A stretch of DNA of 13,899 nucleotides, from NCBI GenBank assembly GCA_018645405.1, contig JABGOQ010000018.1, forward strand, positions 1 through 13,899, written 5' to 3'. Below are positions 1 to 7,335 of the stretch, one piece after another. A program made the translations under genes and the position numbers. This DNA is from Anaerolineae bacterium (GTDB lineage Bacteria > Chloroflexota > Anaerolineae > Anaerolineales > Villigracilaceae). The notes under the pieces are model-generated. The model did not search any database and was not told the DNA's origin. It worked only from the letters and a program-made list of their open reading frames with translations. The number at the start of each line of letters is the position of its first letter. Position 1 is the stretch's first letter.

Positions 1-29
1 AATCCCCTATGACGGGGATTAGGTGGAAA
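1..29. CRISPR. possible partial terminal CRISPR repeat (single copy, truncated by window edge)
   Basis: AATCCCC-TATGAC-GGGGATT stem-loop followed by AGGTGGAAA; the shape fits the 3' ~30 nt of a 35-37 nt repeat ending in GGAAAC with a degenerate last base. No second copy in the window. Confidence 0.28.
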
Positions 30-250
30 ATAGTCTGAATTATGCAACACTCTCCAAAAGCGGCCATCCAACGCAAGTGACGTGCCAATTTTAGCCGACT
101 ATAACGAAGTGATTGCAGGTAGATAGAAAGACCAAGTACGAAAAAAACCTGACCATAGATGAATAAAATAATGGATCGGTTAAGGGCAAAAAAATCTTGC
201 AGAAAATCGATAGTCATAGGGGTATTTTAGCAGGTTTATCGGCTCTTATG

Positions 251-286
251 AAAAACGGGAACTGCATTTGCAGTTCCCGTTTTTTT
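251..286. terminator. bidirectional intrinsic terminator
   Basis: Perfect 15-bp inverted repeat AAAAACGGGAACTGC-ATTT-GCAGTTCCCGTTTTT with T/A tracts on both sides, just 3' of the minus-strand CDS ending at 307. Confidence 0.9.
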
Positions 287-306
287 AGAGATTAGAAATT
301 GTAGAT

Positions 307-1446
307 TTATTTAGCTTCGAAGACAAGGAAGTTGACGCCAGTTTGGAAAGCGTGGCGGACTTGAGCGTTGTCAAAAACTGCGACACCAAAGAAGTATTCA
401 GCATCTAAGTCTGTGTATTGAACATCGAAGTCAGAGCCAGTGTCAAGCGCGCGGCCAAGTTCGATCACCCATGCGCCATCTACATATGCCCAACCAGCGG
501 AGATGTTGCCACGGTCGCCGGTGAATTGTTCTTTGACGATGCCAGGAACGAGGTCGCCAGCGGCGAATAAACTATCATCAAATTCAACTGCTTCGCTCTT
601 GAGGATCCAGCCAGGGGAGCCATCAGTTGGGTAGCCTTCGGGTCCCATGAAAGCGGGAGCAGTTTTATCTTCATTATTGTTGGCTACATATCCACCACCA
701 TCAGAGGGATCGCCATGGCGGCCTGCGCCAGCGGTTTCTGCGGAATAGCGGGTGCTGTCAAGATATTGATCGTCAGCTTGACCTAAGTTACGGACTGATT
801 TCCAATGCCAGATGTCTGCAAATTGACCTTCTTCAGCGGTGTATTTATTACCGTAAGGTTTGAATTCTGCATCTTCGCCAGCGTGACAGCCAGTGAAACA
901 ACCGAGAGTTTCGAAGTCAGTGATGCTGTTGTCAATATTCCAGATGATGGACATTTTGTCTTCGTAAACTGCGTTATTGTCATGACCAACATCATTGGGG
1001 TCTTTGATGACTGCCCAAGTACCATCTTCTTGCTTTTCCCAAGGGGAGCGCATGAAGCTTTGAGTGGGGTCAGCATAGGTTACGTAGAAGTAAATCATAT
1101 CGTCTGTATAAACGGACTTGATGGAAACTTCTGTTTCGCCCATATTTGCGCCGCCAGCAACTTTAGCGGTGATGGCGGTAGCGTCTGCCCAGAGAGCATC
1201 AACTTCGCCGTCTAATGCAGGGGCTGCGCCTACAGGCAAAGAAACCAATGCACCTTCAGGGGCTTCCCATACGGGGGCTGCAGGTTCTTCAACTACAGGC
1301 TCTTCTGCGGGTTCTTCGGCCACAGGCTCTTCAGCTGCCGGTTCTTCAACTACGGGTGCTTCAACAGCGGCAGGCTCAGCTGAGCAAGCGGCAAGAACTA
1401 CACCAAGGACTAACAGGATACCGATAATAAGTGTTCTCTTTTTCAT
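307..1446 (-). CDS. lipoprotein with ethylbenzene dehydrogenase-related / DMSO reductase-gamma-like heme-binding domain
   Basis: Start at internal Met MKKRTLIIGILLVLGVVLAAC (lipobox), EP/A-rich linker, then APALDGEVDALWADA...FxxGCH...DIWHWKSVR...DDQYLD typical of the family. Preceded by GGAG. Confidence 0.8.
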   Translation of the reverse strand: MKKRTLIIGILLVLGVVLAACSAEPAAVEAPVVEEPAAEEPVAEEPAEEPVVEEPAAPVWEAPEGALVSLPVGAAPALDGEVDALWADATAITAKVAGGANMGETEVSIKSVYTDDMIYFYVTYADPTQSFMRSPWEKQEDGTWAVIKDPNDVGHDNNAVYEDKMSIIWNIDNSITDFETLGCFTGCHAGEDAEFKPYGNKYTAEEGQFADIWHWKSVRNLGQADDQYLDSTRYSAETAGAGRHGDPSDGGGYVANNNEDKTAPAFMGPEGYPTDGSPGWILKSEAVEFDDSLFAAGDLVPGIVKEQFTGDRGNISAGWAYVDGAWVIELGRALDTGSDFDVQYTDLDAEYFFGVAVFDNAQVRHAFQTGVNFLVFEAK

Positions 1447-1468
1447 TACATTCTCCATATAATTTTTA

Positions 1469-1488
1469 TCATACATAGGCATGTATGA
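1469..1488. promoter_or_regulatory. short palindrome in the 5' region of the 307..1446 gene
   Basis: TCATACAT-AGGC-ATGTATGA, 8-bp perfect arms, 22 nt upstream of the start codon. Confidence 0.35.
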
Positions 1489-1607
1489 ATTCTCTAGGAG
1501 TCTAGCTGTGTGAAACAAATCACAACAGGGGTTTTTTACCCCACTTCATCGGGACAAAGTGGTAATCCACTTGGGACAGTTGAAAAGGGATTTCGACAGA
1601 AAATACT

Positions 1608-1646
1608 AAAAAGGCTTGGCTTCTTATCTGGGAGCCAAGCCTTTTT
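1608..1646. terminator. intrinsic terminator-like hairpin
   Basis: AAAAAGGCTTGGCT (1608-1621) / AGCCAAGCCTTTTT (1633-1646), 14-bp perfect arms ending in a T tract (A tract on the other strand). Confidence 0.8.
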
Positions 1647-1697
1647 GCTTTATCAACTGATATTATGCAAAAGATATTTTTGACAGACTTTGGGTCT

Positions 1698-1775
1698 GCC
1701 CTCACCCTCCGCCCTCTCCTAAAGGGAGATGGGACTTAATTCCTTCTCCCTTTAGGAGAAGGTTAGGATGAGAGA
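1698..1775. repeat. intergenic fold-back element
   Basis: Perfect 15-bp arms TCTCCTAAAGGGAGA (1715-1729) / TCTCCCTTTAGGAGA (1745-1759), extended imperfectly by CCCTCACCCTCCGCCC / AGGTTAGGATGAG. Confidence 0.65.
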
Positions 1776-1819
1776 AAATGCTCGCCCTGTGTAACATCAG
1801 CTATTAACGATAATTTACT

Positions 1820-2836
1820 TTACACATTTTCCTCGCTCACCATCAGCACAATCCGCCCCTTCACTGCCGCCTGCTCAATTAGCTCGTGTGCCTTTTTCGC
1901 ATCTTCCAGCTTCATGCGCTGCTCAATGGCGGGCTTGATCTTTCCAGCTTTGAGCAGATCAAAGAGTGCGCTTAAATCTTCCTTGAACCATTCGGGATTT
2001 TTCTTGCGCAAATCGCCGATCGAGTAGAAGGATGCCTTTCGCCCGTTTGGCAGGATATTCCACAGCATGATTTTCATAAAATCTATCGGCACGCTCCCGC
2101 CTTTGCCCATAGAATTATCATAAAAACCATAGGGGACGAGTGTGCCACCTTTTTTCAGGGATGCGAATGAGCGTTTGAAATTTTCTCCACTAATTGCATC
2201 AAAAGCCGCATCGACCTTGCCCTCGGCTTGCAACCGCGCAACGAAATCTTCTTTGGCGTAATCAATATGCTCCGCACCCAGCCCCTCGACCAACTCCCGC
2301 TTAGACGCGGATGCCGTCCCATACATTTTCAGGTCAAGCTGTCTGCCTAATTCGAGAAAGGCTGTTCCAACTGCCCCGCCTGCCCCGTGTACGAGAATAC
2401 TCTGCCCGCGTTTCACTTTTGCAACACGGTGCAACATTTGATAAGCGGAAACATATGATAAAACCATACTCACAGCTTCGGCGGGATCCAGTTCTGCGGG
2501 GACAGGCACCAAAGAATCTGCGGGGCGGAGCATATATTCTGTGTACGCCCCGTACACTATCAAATCTGCAACGAGCAAGCCGGGGGTAAGTCCGCTTACG
2601 CCTGATCCCACTTTGTCTACGATGCCGACCATATCGTATCCCGGAGAGAGGGGCGGAGTCTCCTTGAATCCAAAATAAATACCTTTGCGTACCATCGTGT
2701 CGGTAAAGGTCGCGCTGGCAGCCAAAATCTTGATGCGCACTTCGCCCGCACCCGGCTCGGGGAGGTTTGCTTCTTCAACAACTTGTAAAACTTCGGGTCC
2801 GCCAAATTCGTTCAGAACAACTTTTTTATAACTCAT
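1820..2836 (-). CDS. zinc-type alcohol dehydrogenase-like / NADPH:quinone oxidoreductase (MDR superfamily)
   Basis: MSYKKVVLNEFGGPEVLQVVEEANLPEPGAGEVRIKILA..., PGYDMVGIVDKVGSGVSG, nucleotide-binding VHGAGGAVGTAFLELGR; start immediately after the HAD stop. Confidence 0.9.
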   Translation of the reverse strand: MSYKKVVLNEFGGPEVLQVVEEANLPEPGAGEVRIKILAASATFTDTMVRKGIYFGFKETPPLSPGYDMVGIVDKVGSGVSGLTPGLLVADLIVYGAYTEYMLRPADSLVPVPAELDPAEAVSMVLSYVSAYQMLHRVAKVKRGQSILVHGAGGAVGTAFLELGRQLDLKMYGTASASKRELVEGLGAEHIDYAKEDFVARLQAEGKVDAAFDAISGENFKRSFASLKKGGTLVPYGFYDNSMGKGGSVPIDFMKIMLWNILPNGRKASFYSIGDLRKKNPEWFKEDLSALFDLLKAGKIKPAIEQRMKLEDAKKAHELIEQAAVKGRIVLMVSEENV

Positions 2837-2837
2837 T

Positions 2838-3536
2838 TTATTTCTCCTTTTTCTCTATTATCTTTACTAACTGTCCAATATTTTCAATCTCATAATACTC
2901 TTTTCTATCGGCATCTTCTTGAGAAACCGCTTCGTGCGCCCAAGTCGTGGAATTGGGGATATACACTGCCTGCCCGCCAATTTCAACGACAGGGAGCACA
3001 TCTGATTTCAGCGAGTTGCCGACCATGAGGAAATGCTGGGGAACAATATCATGTTTTGCTAAAACTTTTTCGTAGGTCTTACTTGTTTTATTGCTGACAA
3101 CTTCAATGTGTTTGAAGAAGTCACCAAGCCCAGAGCGGGCAACTTTCCTTTGCTGGTCAAGCAAATCGCCTTTTGTGATGATCATCAGAGGGTACGATTT
3201 AGAGAGCTTTTCTATCGTTTCACACACGCCTTCGAGCAAGACTACATCTGCATCAAGCATCTCCTTCCCAAAGCCGATGATTTTGCGAATATCTTCTGGC
3301 GGGATTTTGCCCTCTGTGAGATCGATAGCCGTTTCAATCATCGAAAGCGTGAAGCCTTTGACGCCATATCCATAAGTTTTGATATTGCGCCCTTCGGTTT
3401 CAAGGTGAGTTTCTATTACAAAATCAGATGGGTGATAATCAGCCAGCAAATCAGCGAGTTTGTTTTCAGCTACTTTGAAAAGGGTCTCGTTATGCCAGAG
3501 CGTATCATCGGCGTCGAAGACAATTACTTCAATCAT
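2838..3536 (-). CDS. HAD-superfamily hydrolase
   Basis: DxDxT nucleophile motif VFDADDTLW, ITKGD, GNSLKSDVLP motif; 4-nt overlap with the upstream epimerase stop. Confidence 0.88.
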   Translation of the reverse strand: MIEVIVFDADDTLWHNETLFKVAENKLADLLADYHPSDFVIETHLETEGRNIKTYGYGVKGFTLSMIETAIDLTEGKIPPEDIRKIIGFGKEMLDADVVLLEGVCETIEKLSKSYPLMIITKGDLLDQQRKVARSGLGDFFKHIEVVSNKTSKTYEKVLAKHDIVPQHFLMVGNSLKSDVLPVVEIGGQAVYIPNSTTWAHEAVSQEDADRKEYYEIENIGQLVKIIEKKEK

Positions 3537-4524
3537 GCTTTGTGTTTCTCTTCTAAATAATCAAGAGCTTCCCGAATCGCCGCTTCTGGGTCGCGGGGAT
3601 TAAATTCCAACTCCGTGCGGGCTTTGGAGATGTCTTTGCGAGCAGCAACATCATAGAATAATTCCACTTGGCTGCGCAGAAGCATGGGCTGCTTTCCTGT
3701 GATTTTGCTGGCTAACTCCATCAACGAAGACAAACCTTGCAACACAAACTTGGGCACACGCGGGGGCATTTTTACATCAGGGTTTCGCTCACGTATAAGG
3801 TTAATCACCTGCTCCGTCCGCATGGGTTCTTCGGTAACGAGCAAATATCTCTCGCCGCGCCGACCTTTTTTAGCGGCAGCAAGCATCCCCTGCGCGAGAT
3901 CCCGGGCATCCACAAAAGTGAGCGGGAAATTCACATCCACAAAAACTTCACCGTTCAACGCCTGATGCAAATAATCCATCGTTGGCGTTAAATATTGGCA
4001 ATTCGGTCCCGTAATCGCGCCCGGCAAAACGCTGACCATATTCAAATCAAGCTCTTTGGCAAGCTCCCAAGCCAGTTGCTCCGATTGCGTTTTCGACTGC
4101 ACATAAGGATTATTGTAGAACTCCGTCCGCCAAGTGGATTCGGTAACGGGCAGGATTTCATCATCCAGCGTGACCTCGGAGCTGACATAAACGATGCGCT
4201 CCACACCCTGGCTTGCCGCCGCTTCAAGAATATTTTTCGTGCCCTGAAGATTCGGCTCGATAATATCCGCCTGAGGGTTGGGTGCCCAATGCTTGAACAC
4301 GGCAGCCACCTGATAGAGGGTATGCACCCCCTCCAGCGCACGGAGCAGGGAACCTTATCCATCAGATCAGCGTATACAATTTCGCAATCCAGCCCCTCGA
4401 AAGGGACGGTGTTTTTTGTGTTACGCACGCTGGCACGCACTTGCTCGCCATTATCCAAGAGGGCGCGGACGAGATTGTTTCCCAAGTGTCCGTTTGCGCC
4501 GGTGACTAAGTTGAGTTTGGTCAT
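3533..4524 (-). pseudogene. NAD-dependent epimerase/dehydratase, split by a 1-nt frameshift
   Basis: N-terminal frame (from 4524) MTKLNLVTGANGHLGNNLVRALLDNGE...EIVYADLMDK has a Rossmann GxxGxxG motif. It continues in a different frame as ...HTLYQVAAVFKHW...YVSSEVTL...YVQSKTQSE to 3533. Adding one C near 4353/4354 (+ strand) restores DKGSLLRALEGVHTLYQVAAVF. Confidence 0.88.
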
Positions 4525-4548
4525 TTTCTGTTCTCCTAAATCGTTATG

Positions 4549-4593
4549 TTATATAAACACTGTAAATATATAGTGTTTATATAATTTTGTCAA
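4549..4593 (-). promoter_or_regulatory. sigma70-type promoter with overlapping 13-bp inverted-repeat operator
   Basis: Minus strand TTGACA (4593-4588), 17-nt spacer, TATATT (4570-4565). Perfect IR TTATATAAACACT (4549-4561) / AGTGTTTATATAA (4572-4584). Confidence 0.78.
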
Positions 4594-4625
4594 GAAAACT
4601 TTCCCCCATTTATTAAAGAATAGAA

Positions 4626-5873
4626 TTAAGCAATAAACTTAAATATCTCATCTGCCGCATTCTCTGCCCCATTCATTTTTCGGACGATGGACTGGATTCG
4701 CTTCGCATTTTCTGTGTAGGATGGATTGCCCGCGACGCGCGTGACCTCAGCTTGAATCCGTTCTTTAGCATATTCTTTGAGTGGAATTCGTACCCCCATC
4801 CCGGCTTGGGCGAGCGTATCTAAATTGGCATCTTGCTCAAACTGGAATCCGACTCCCACAACGGGAGTCCCCGCCCAGCATGCGGTCTGGACAGTTCCCT
4901 GCCCGCCGTGAATGAGGGCTATATCTGCCATTTCGTTTACTTCGGGCGCGGGCAAATAGCGCGTGGCATAGATGTTTTCGGGGAGCGACTCCAACTCGGC
5001 GGGGTCAAGGATCGTGGTGGTAGCGATGACGGTGTTATGCCCCAACTCGCGTAGTGCGGCGATTGCAGAGCGAAGTTGCTCTGGCGTGCCGGAACTGCCC
5101 ATCGCGCAGAAGATATTTAATCCATCTCTGCTGAAAATGCGCTTCACTTCTTCGGGGACGGGCATGGGGAGATGGGCAAAAATATGCCCCACATAGCGAT
5201 AATTATCGGGCAGAGCTTCGGCGGGTAAACCGCTTAGTTCGGGGATATCGGTAAGCAGGTTCAAATCTCCGTCAACAATATCCAGAAGGGTTTTGACGGG
5301 CGGGATATTGAATTTCTTCGCCGCTTTGTTGAATCTGCCTGTACCTACGCTGAGGCGAGGCATGATCCAATTGACTGCCTTATCTTTCCATGCTTGCGGA
5401 ATAAGACGAGTGAAAGCGTTTTCATATTGGTCGGGGAATTTAGCGAGATTGTGGGAAAAATAGGGTGGCGTACCCGGTGCGGGGAGCAGGTAGATGAGTG
5501 GGATGTGCGCTGCTTTAGCGGTAATCGTTGAAGGGAGGTTCATCCCTCCATAAGCGGCATCAGGTTCAAATTTCTGGAGCGCACCGAGTTCCGCATCCAC
5601 TTGGGCAACCCACTCTGAGACAGAAAAAGGCTGACCGAGCGCGCGACCTTGATCCAAATCTATCAGAAATTTATGCTTTTCAGGCGTGATGAGGGGCTGG
5701 AGGGTGCTGAGGTGAAAATCGGCTTCGGTGATGAGATGCTCATGCGTGCCGCCATGTGTAAAAAAGCGGATTTCAGCCCTTTGCGCGCGGCAGGCTTTGG
5801 CAACTTCGATGGCGCGGGTGACTTCGGCGAGATTGTGGGCGTAGGCGAAAAAGGCGATGCGGGGAGAGGTCAT
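4626..5873 (-). CDS. GT1-family glycosyltransferase (MGT/YjiC-like, macrolide/UDP-glycosyltransferase type)
   Basis: C-terminal HGGQGTVQTACWAGTPVVGVGFQFEQDANLDTLAQAGMGVRI donor-binding signature; NIFCAMGSSGTPEQLRSAIAALRELGH. Confidence 0.85.
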   Translation of the reverse strand: MTSPRIAFFAYAHNLAEVTRAIEVAKACRAQRAEIRFFTHGGTHEHLITEADFHLSTLQPLITPEKHKFLIDLDQGRALGQPFSVSEWVAQVDAELGALQKFEPDAAYGGMNLPSTITAKAAHIPLIYLLPAPGTPPYFSHNLAKFPDQYENAFTRLIPQAWKDKAVNWIMPRLSVGTGRFNKAAKKFNIPPVKTLLDIVDGDLNLLTDIPELSGLPAEALPDNYRYVGHIFAHLPMPVPEEVKRIFSRDGLNIFCAMGSSGTPEQLRSAIAALRELGHNTVIATTTILDPAELESLPENIYATRYLPAPEVNEMADIALIHGGQGTVQTACWAGTPVVGVGFQFEQDANLDTLAQAGMGVRIPLKEYAKERIQAEVTRVAGNPSYTENAKRIQSIVRKMNGAENAADEIFKFIA

Positions 5874-6274
5874 AATACTTTTCTTGCTTTCCAGTAAAAA
5901 CTGATGAAGAAACTGCCTACGCTGAGGGCATAAATTTTAATGGCAATTTCGATATATTCATCCATTGTTTGTAAGAAGAGTAGCCCCGTGTTGAAGCCAT
6001 AGAGAAAGGCGTATAGGCCGAGGAAAATCAACCCCGACCCTGCGGCGATGCCAAAGGGGTTGGCTGTGTCTTTTCCTTTGAGCAGGAAGTAGCCGCCGAG
6101 AAAAGCTGTTACGCCAATCCAGGCATCGGCGAGGGGGAAGGCCATGAACCAATCTGTGTAGCCGGGGATTAGGTCTACAACGGGGAAAATGCCGGTGAAT
6201 ACTGATATCCAGTAAGTGAAGATGCCAAAAGTGGTGAAGAAACTTAATCCGATTGCGAGGTTTTTATTTTTCAT
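5870..6274 (-). CDS. small multi-pass membrane protein of unknown function
   Basis: 134 aa with about four hydrophobic segments; 4-nt overlap with the glycosyltransferase start, so probably co-translated. Confidence 0.75.
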   Translation of the reverse strand: MKNKNLAIGLSFFTTFGIFTYWISVFTGIFPVVDLIPGYTDWFMAFPLADAWIGVTAFLGGYFLLKGKDTANPFGIAAGSGLIFLGLYAFLYGFNTGLLFLQTMDEYIEIAIKIYALSVGSFFISFYWKARKVL

Positions 6275-6310
6275 TTTTTTGTCCTTGGTAGATATTTCTA
6301 CAGATAAAAA

Positions 6311-6640
6311 TTAGTGGGCGGTGGTTCTTGAAAAAAGATTGATGATAATAACGCCGATGACAATCAACCCCATCCCAATTATTGCGGGGAGGTCTGGCCT
6401 TTCTTGATAGAGAAATATGCCAACGACCGTGACCAAAACAATGCCCAAACCAGACCAAATTGCGTAGGTGATCCCAACAGGCATAGTCTTCAAGACCAGT
6501 GTCATAAAATAGAAAGAGATGCCGTATCCAATCGCAACGATGGAGCTAGGGAGTAATTTGGTGAAATTTTCTGATGCTTTAAGCGCACTGGTTGCGGCTA
6601 CTTCGGCAATAATTGCGATAGAGAGATAGATATGTGCCAT
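6311..6640 (-). CDS. small multidrug resistance (SMR, EmrE/QacE-type) efflux protein
   Basis: 110-aa 4-TM protein with AEVAATSALKAS (conserved TM1 Glu), YAIWSGLGIVLV (TM3 Trp), YQERPDLPAIIGMGLIVIGV. Confidence 0.92.
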   Translation of the reverse strand: MAHIYLSIAIIAEVAATSALKASENFTKLLPSSIVAIGYGISFYFMTLVLKTMPVGITYAIWSGLGIVLVTVVGIFLYQERPDLPAIIGMGLIVIGVIIINLFSRTTAH

Positions 6641-6649
6641 TTTTGCTCC

Positions 6650-7195
6650 TTAGATTTCTTTGGTTACCATCTCAATCAGCGTATCTATAAGATTTTGGCG
6701 TGCTTCTTGAGCGAGCGGTGCAAAATCAAGCAAATCGGAGATGAGCATGCCGTCCAGCGCGAGGCGAATAATGGTGCCGATTTCTGGGGTGGGGGCAAGC
6801 TGCTCGCATTTTTCTTGCCACTCGTCGAAACGCTCCTGAAGGGGTTTGAGCAGTTCTGGCTCAATGGCAATGGCGGCAACTAATGCGCCGCTTATTTGGT
6901 TGTGCTCGGCAGGGGGCTGAAAGGAGGCGCGGACATATGCCACGAGCCAGTTGCCATCACTTTTGAGCAGTTCCTGTTCGAGCATGGTTTCAAATCCAGA
7001 GATGAGCTTCTCGACCATGCCTTTGATGAGACTCTTTTTATTAGGGAAATGGTAGAGAAGGCCACCTTTGCTGACTCCAGCTTCACGGGCTGTGCTTTCG
7101 AGCGTGAGGGTTCTCACGCCTTGCTCCAGCACAATTTTGTTGGCGGCTTCAAGAATGGATTTACGAGTAGTAGCTGAGATCGTTTTTTGTTTCAT
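6650..7195 (-). CDS. TetR/AcrR family transcriptional regulator
   Basis: Start MKQKTISATTRKSILEAANKIVLEQGVRTLTLESTAREAGVSKGGLLYHFPNKKSLIKGM, a canonical TetR HTH; leads the operon with SMR 9 nt downstream. Confidence 0.92.
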   Translation of the reverse strand: MKQKTISATTRKSILEAANKIVLEQGVRTLTLESTAREAGVSKGGLLYHFPNKKSLIKGMVEKLISGFETMLEQELLKSDGNWLVAYVRASFQPPAEHNQISGALVAAIAIEPELLKPLQERFDEWQEKCEQLAPTPEIGTIIRLALDGMLISDLLDFAPLAQEARQNLIDTLIEMVTKEI

Positions 7196-7202
7196 ACAAA
7201 AT

Positions 7203-7231
7203 AATGTACCGTCTGGACGGTTTACTGTCAA
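7203..7231 (-). promoter_or_regulatory. sigma70 promoter with palindromic operator in the spacer
   Basis: Minus strand TTGACA (7231-7226), 17-nt spacer, TACATT (7208-7203); ACCGTC-TG-GACGGT palindrome at 7208-7221. Confidence 0.8.
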
Positions 7232-7236
7232 GGGCA

Positions 7237-7275
7237 AAAAAAATAGACTTAGCTTTTTGCTAAGTCTATTTTTTT
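7237..7275. terminator. bidirectional intrinsic terminator
   Basis: Perfect 17-bp arms AAAAAAATAGACTTAGC-TTTTT-GCTAAGTCTATTTTTTT. Confidence 0.92.
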
Positions 7276-7335
7276 GTTTTTCATCTTAATATCTAAAAAC
7301 AGCACAAAATCCTATGAATTTTGCTTGAGCATATA

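Noticed and set aside
805-1215. Plus-strand ORFs inside 307..1446 (805..1215, 1118..1462, 1215..1427)
   Set aside because: Antisense to a well-supported lipoprotein; the Ser/Ala/Gly-rich products are the complement of the EP/A-rich linker.
1520-1705. 61-aa minus-strand ORF
   Set aside because: Spans the strong terminator at 1608-1646; composition is not protein-like and there is no SD.
3108-3560. Plus-strand ORFs opposite the HAD gene (3091..3375, 3108..3560)
   Set aside because: Antisense shadow of a conserved coding region; no independent signal.
3995-4573. 192-aa plus-strand ORF opposite the epimerase
   Set aside because: Complement of the frameshifted epimerase and its promoter; no recognisable domain.
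6160-6173. GGGGATTAGG string resembling the candidate CRISPR repeat at base 1
   Set aside because: Only ~10 nt matches, no stem partner, and it lies inside the coding sequence of 5870..6274.
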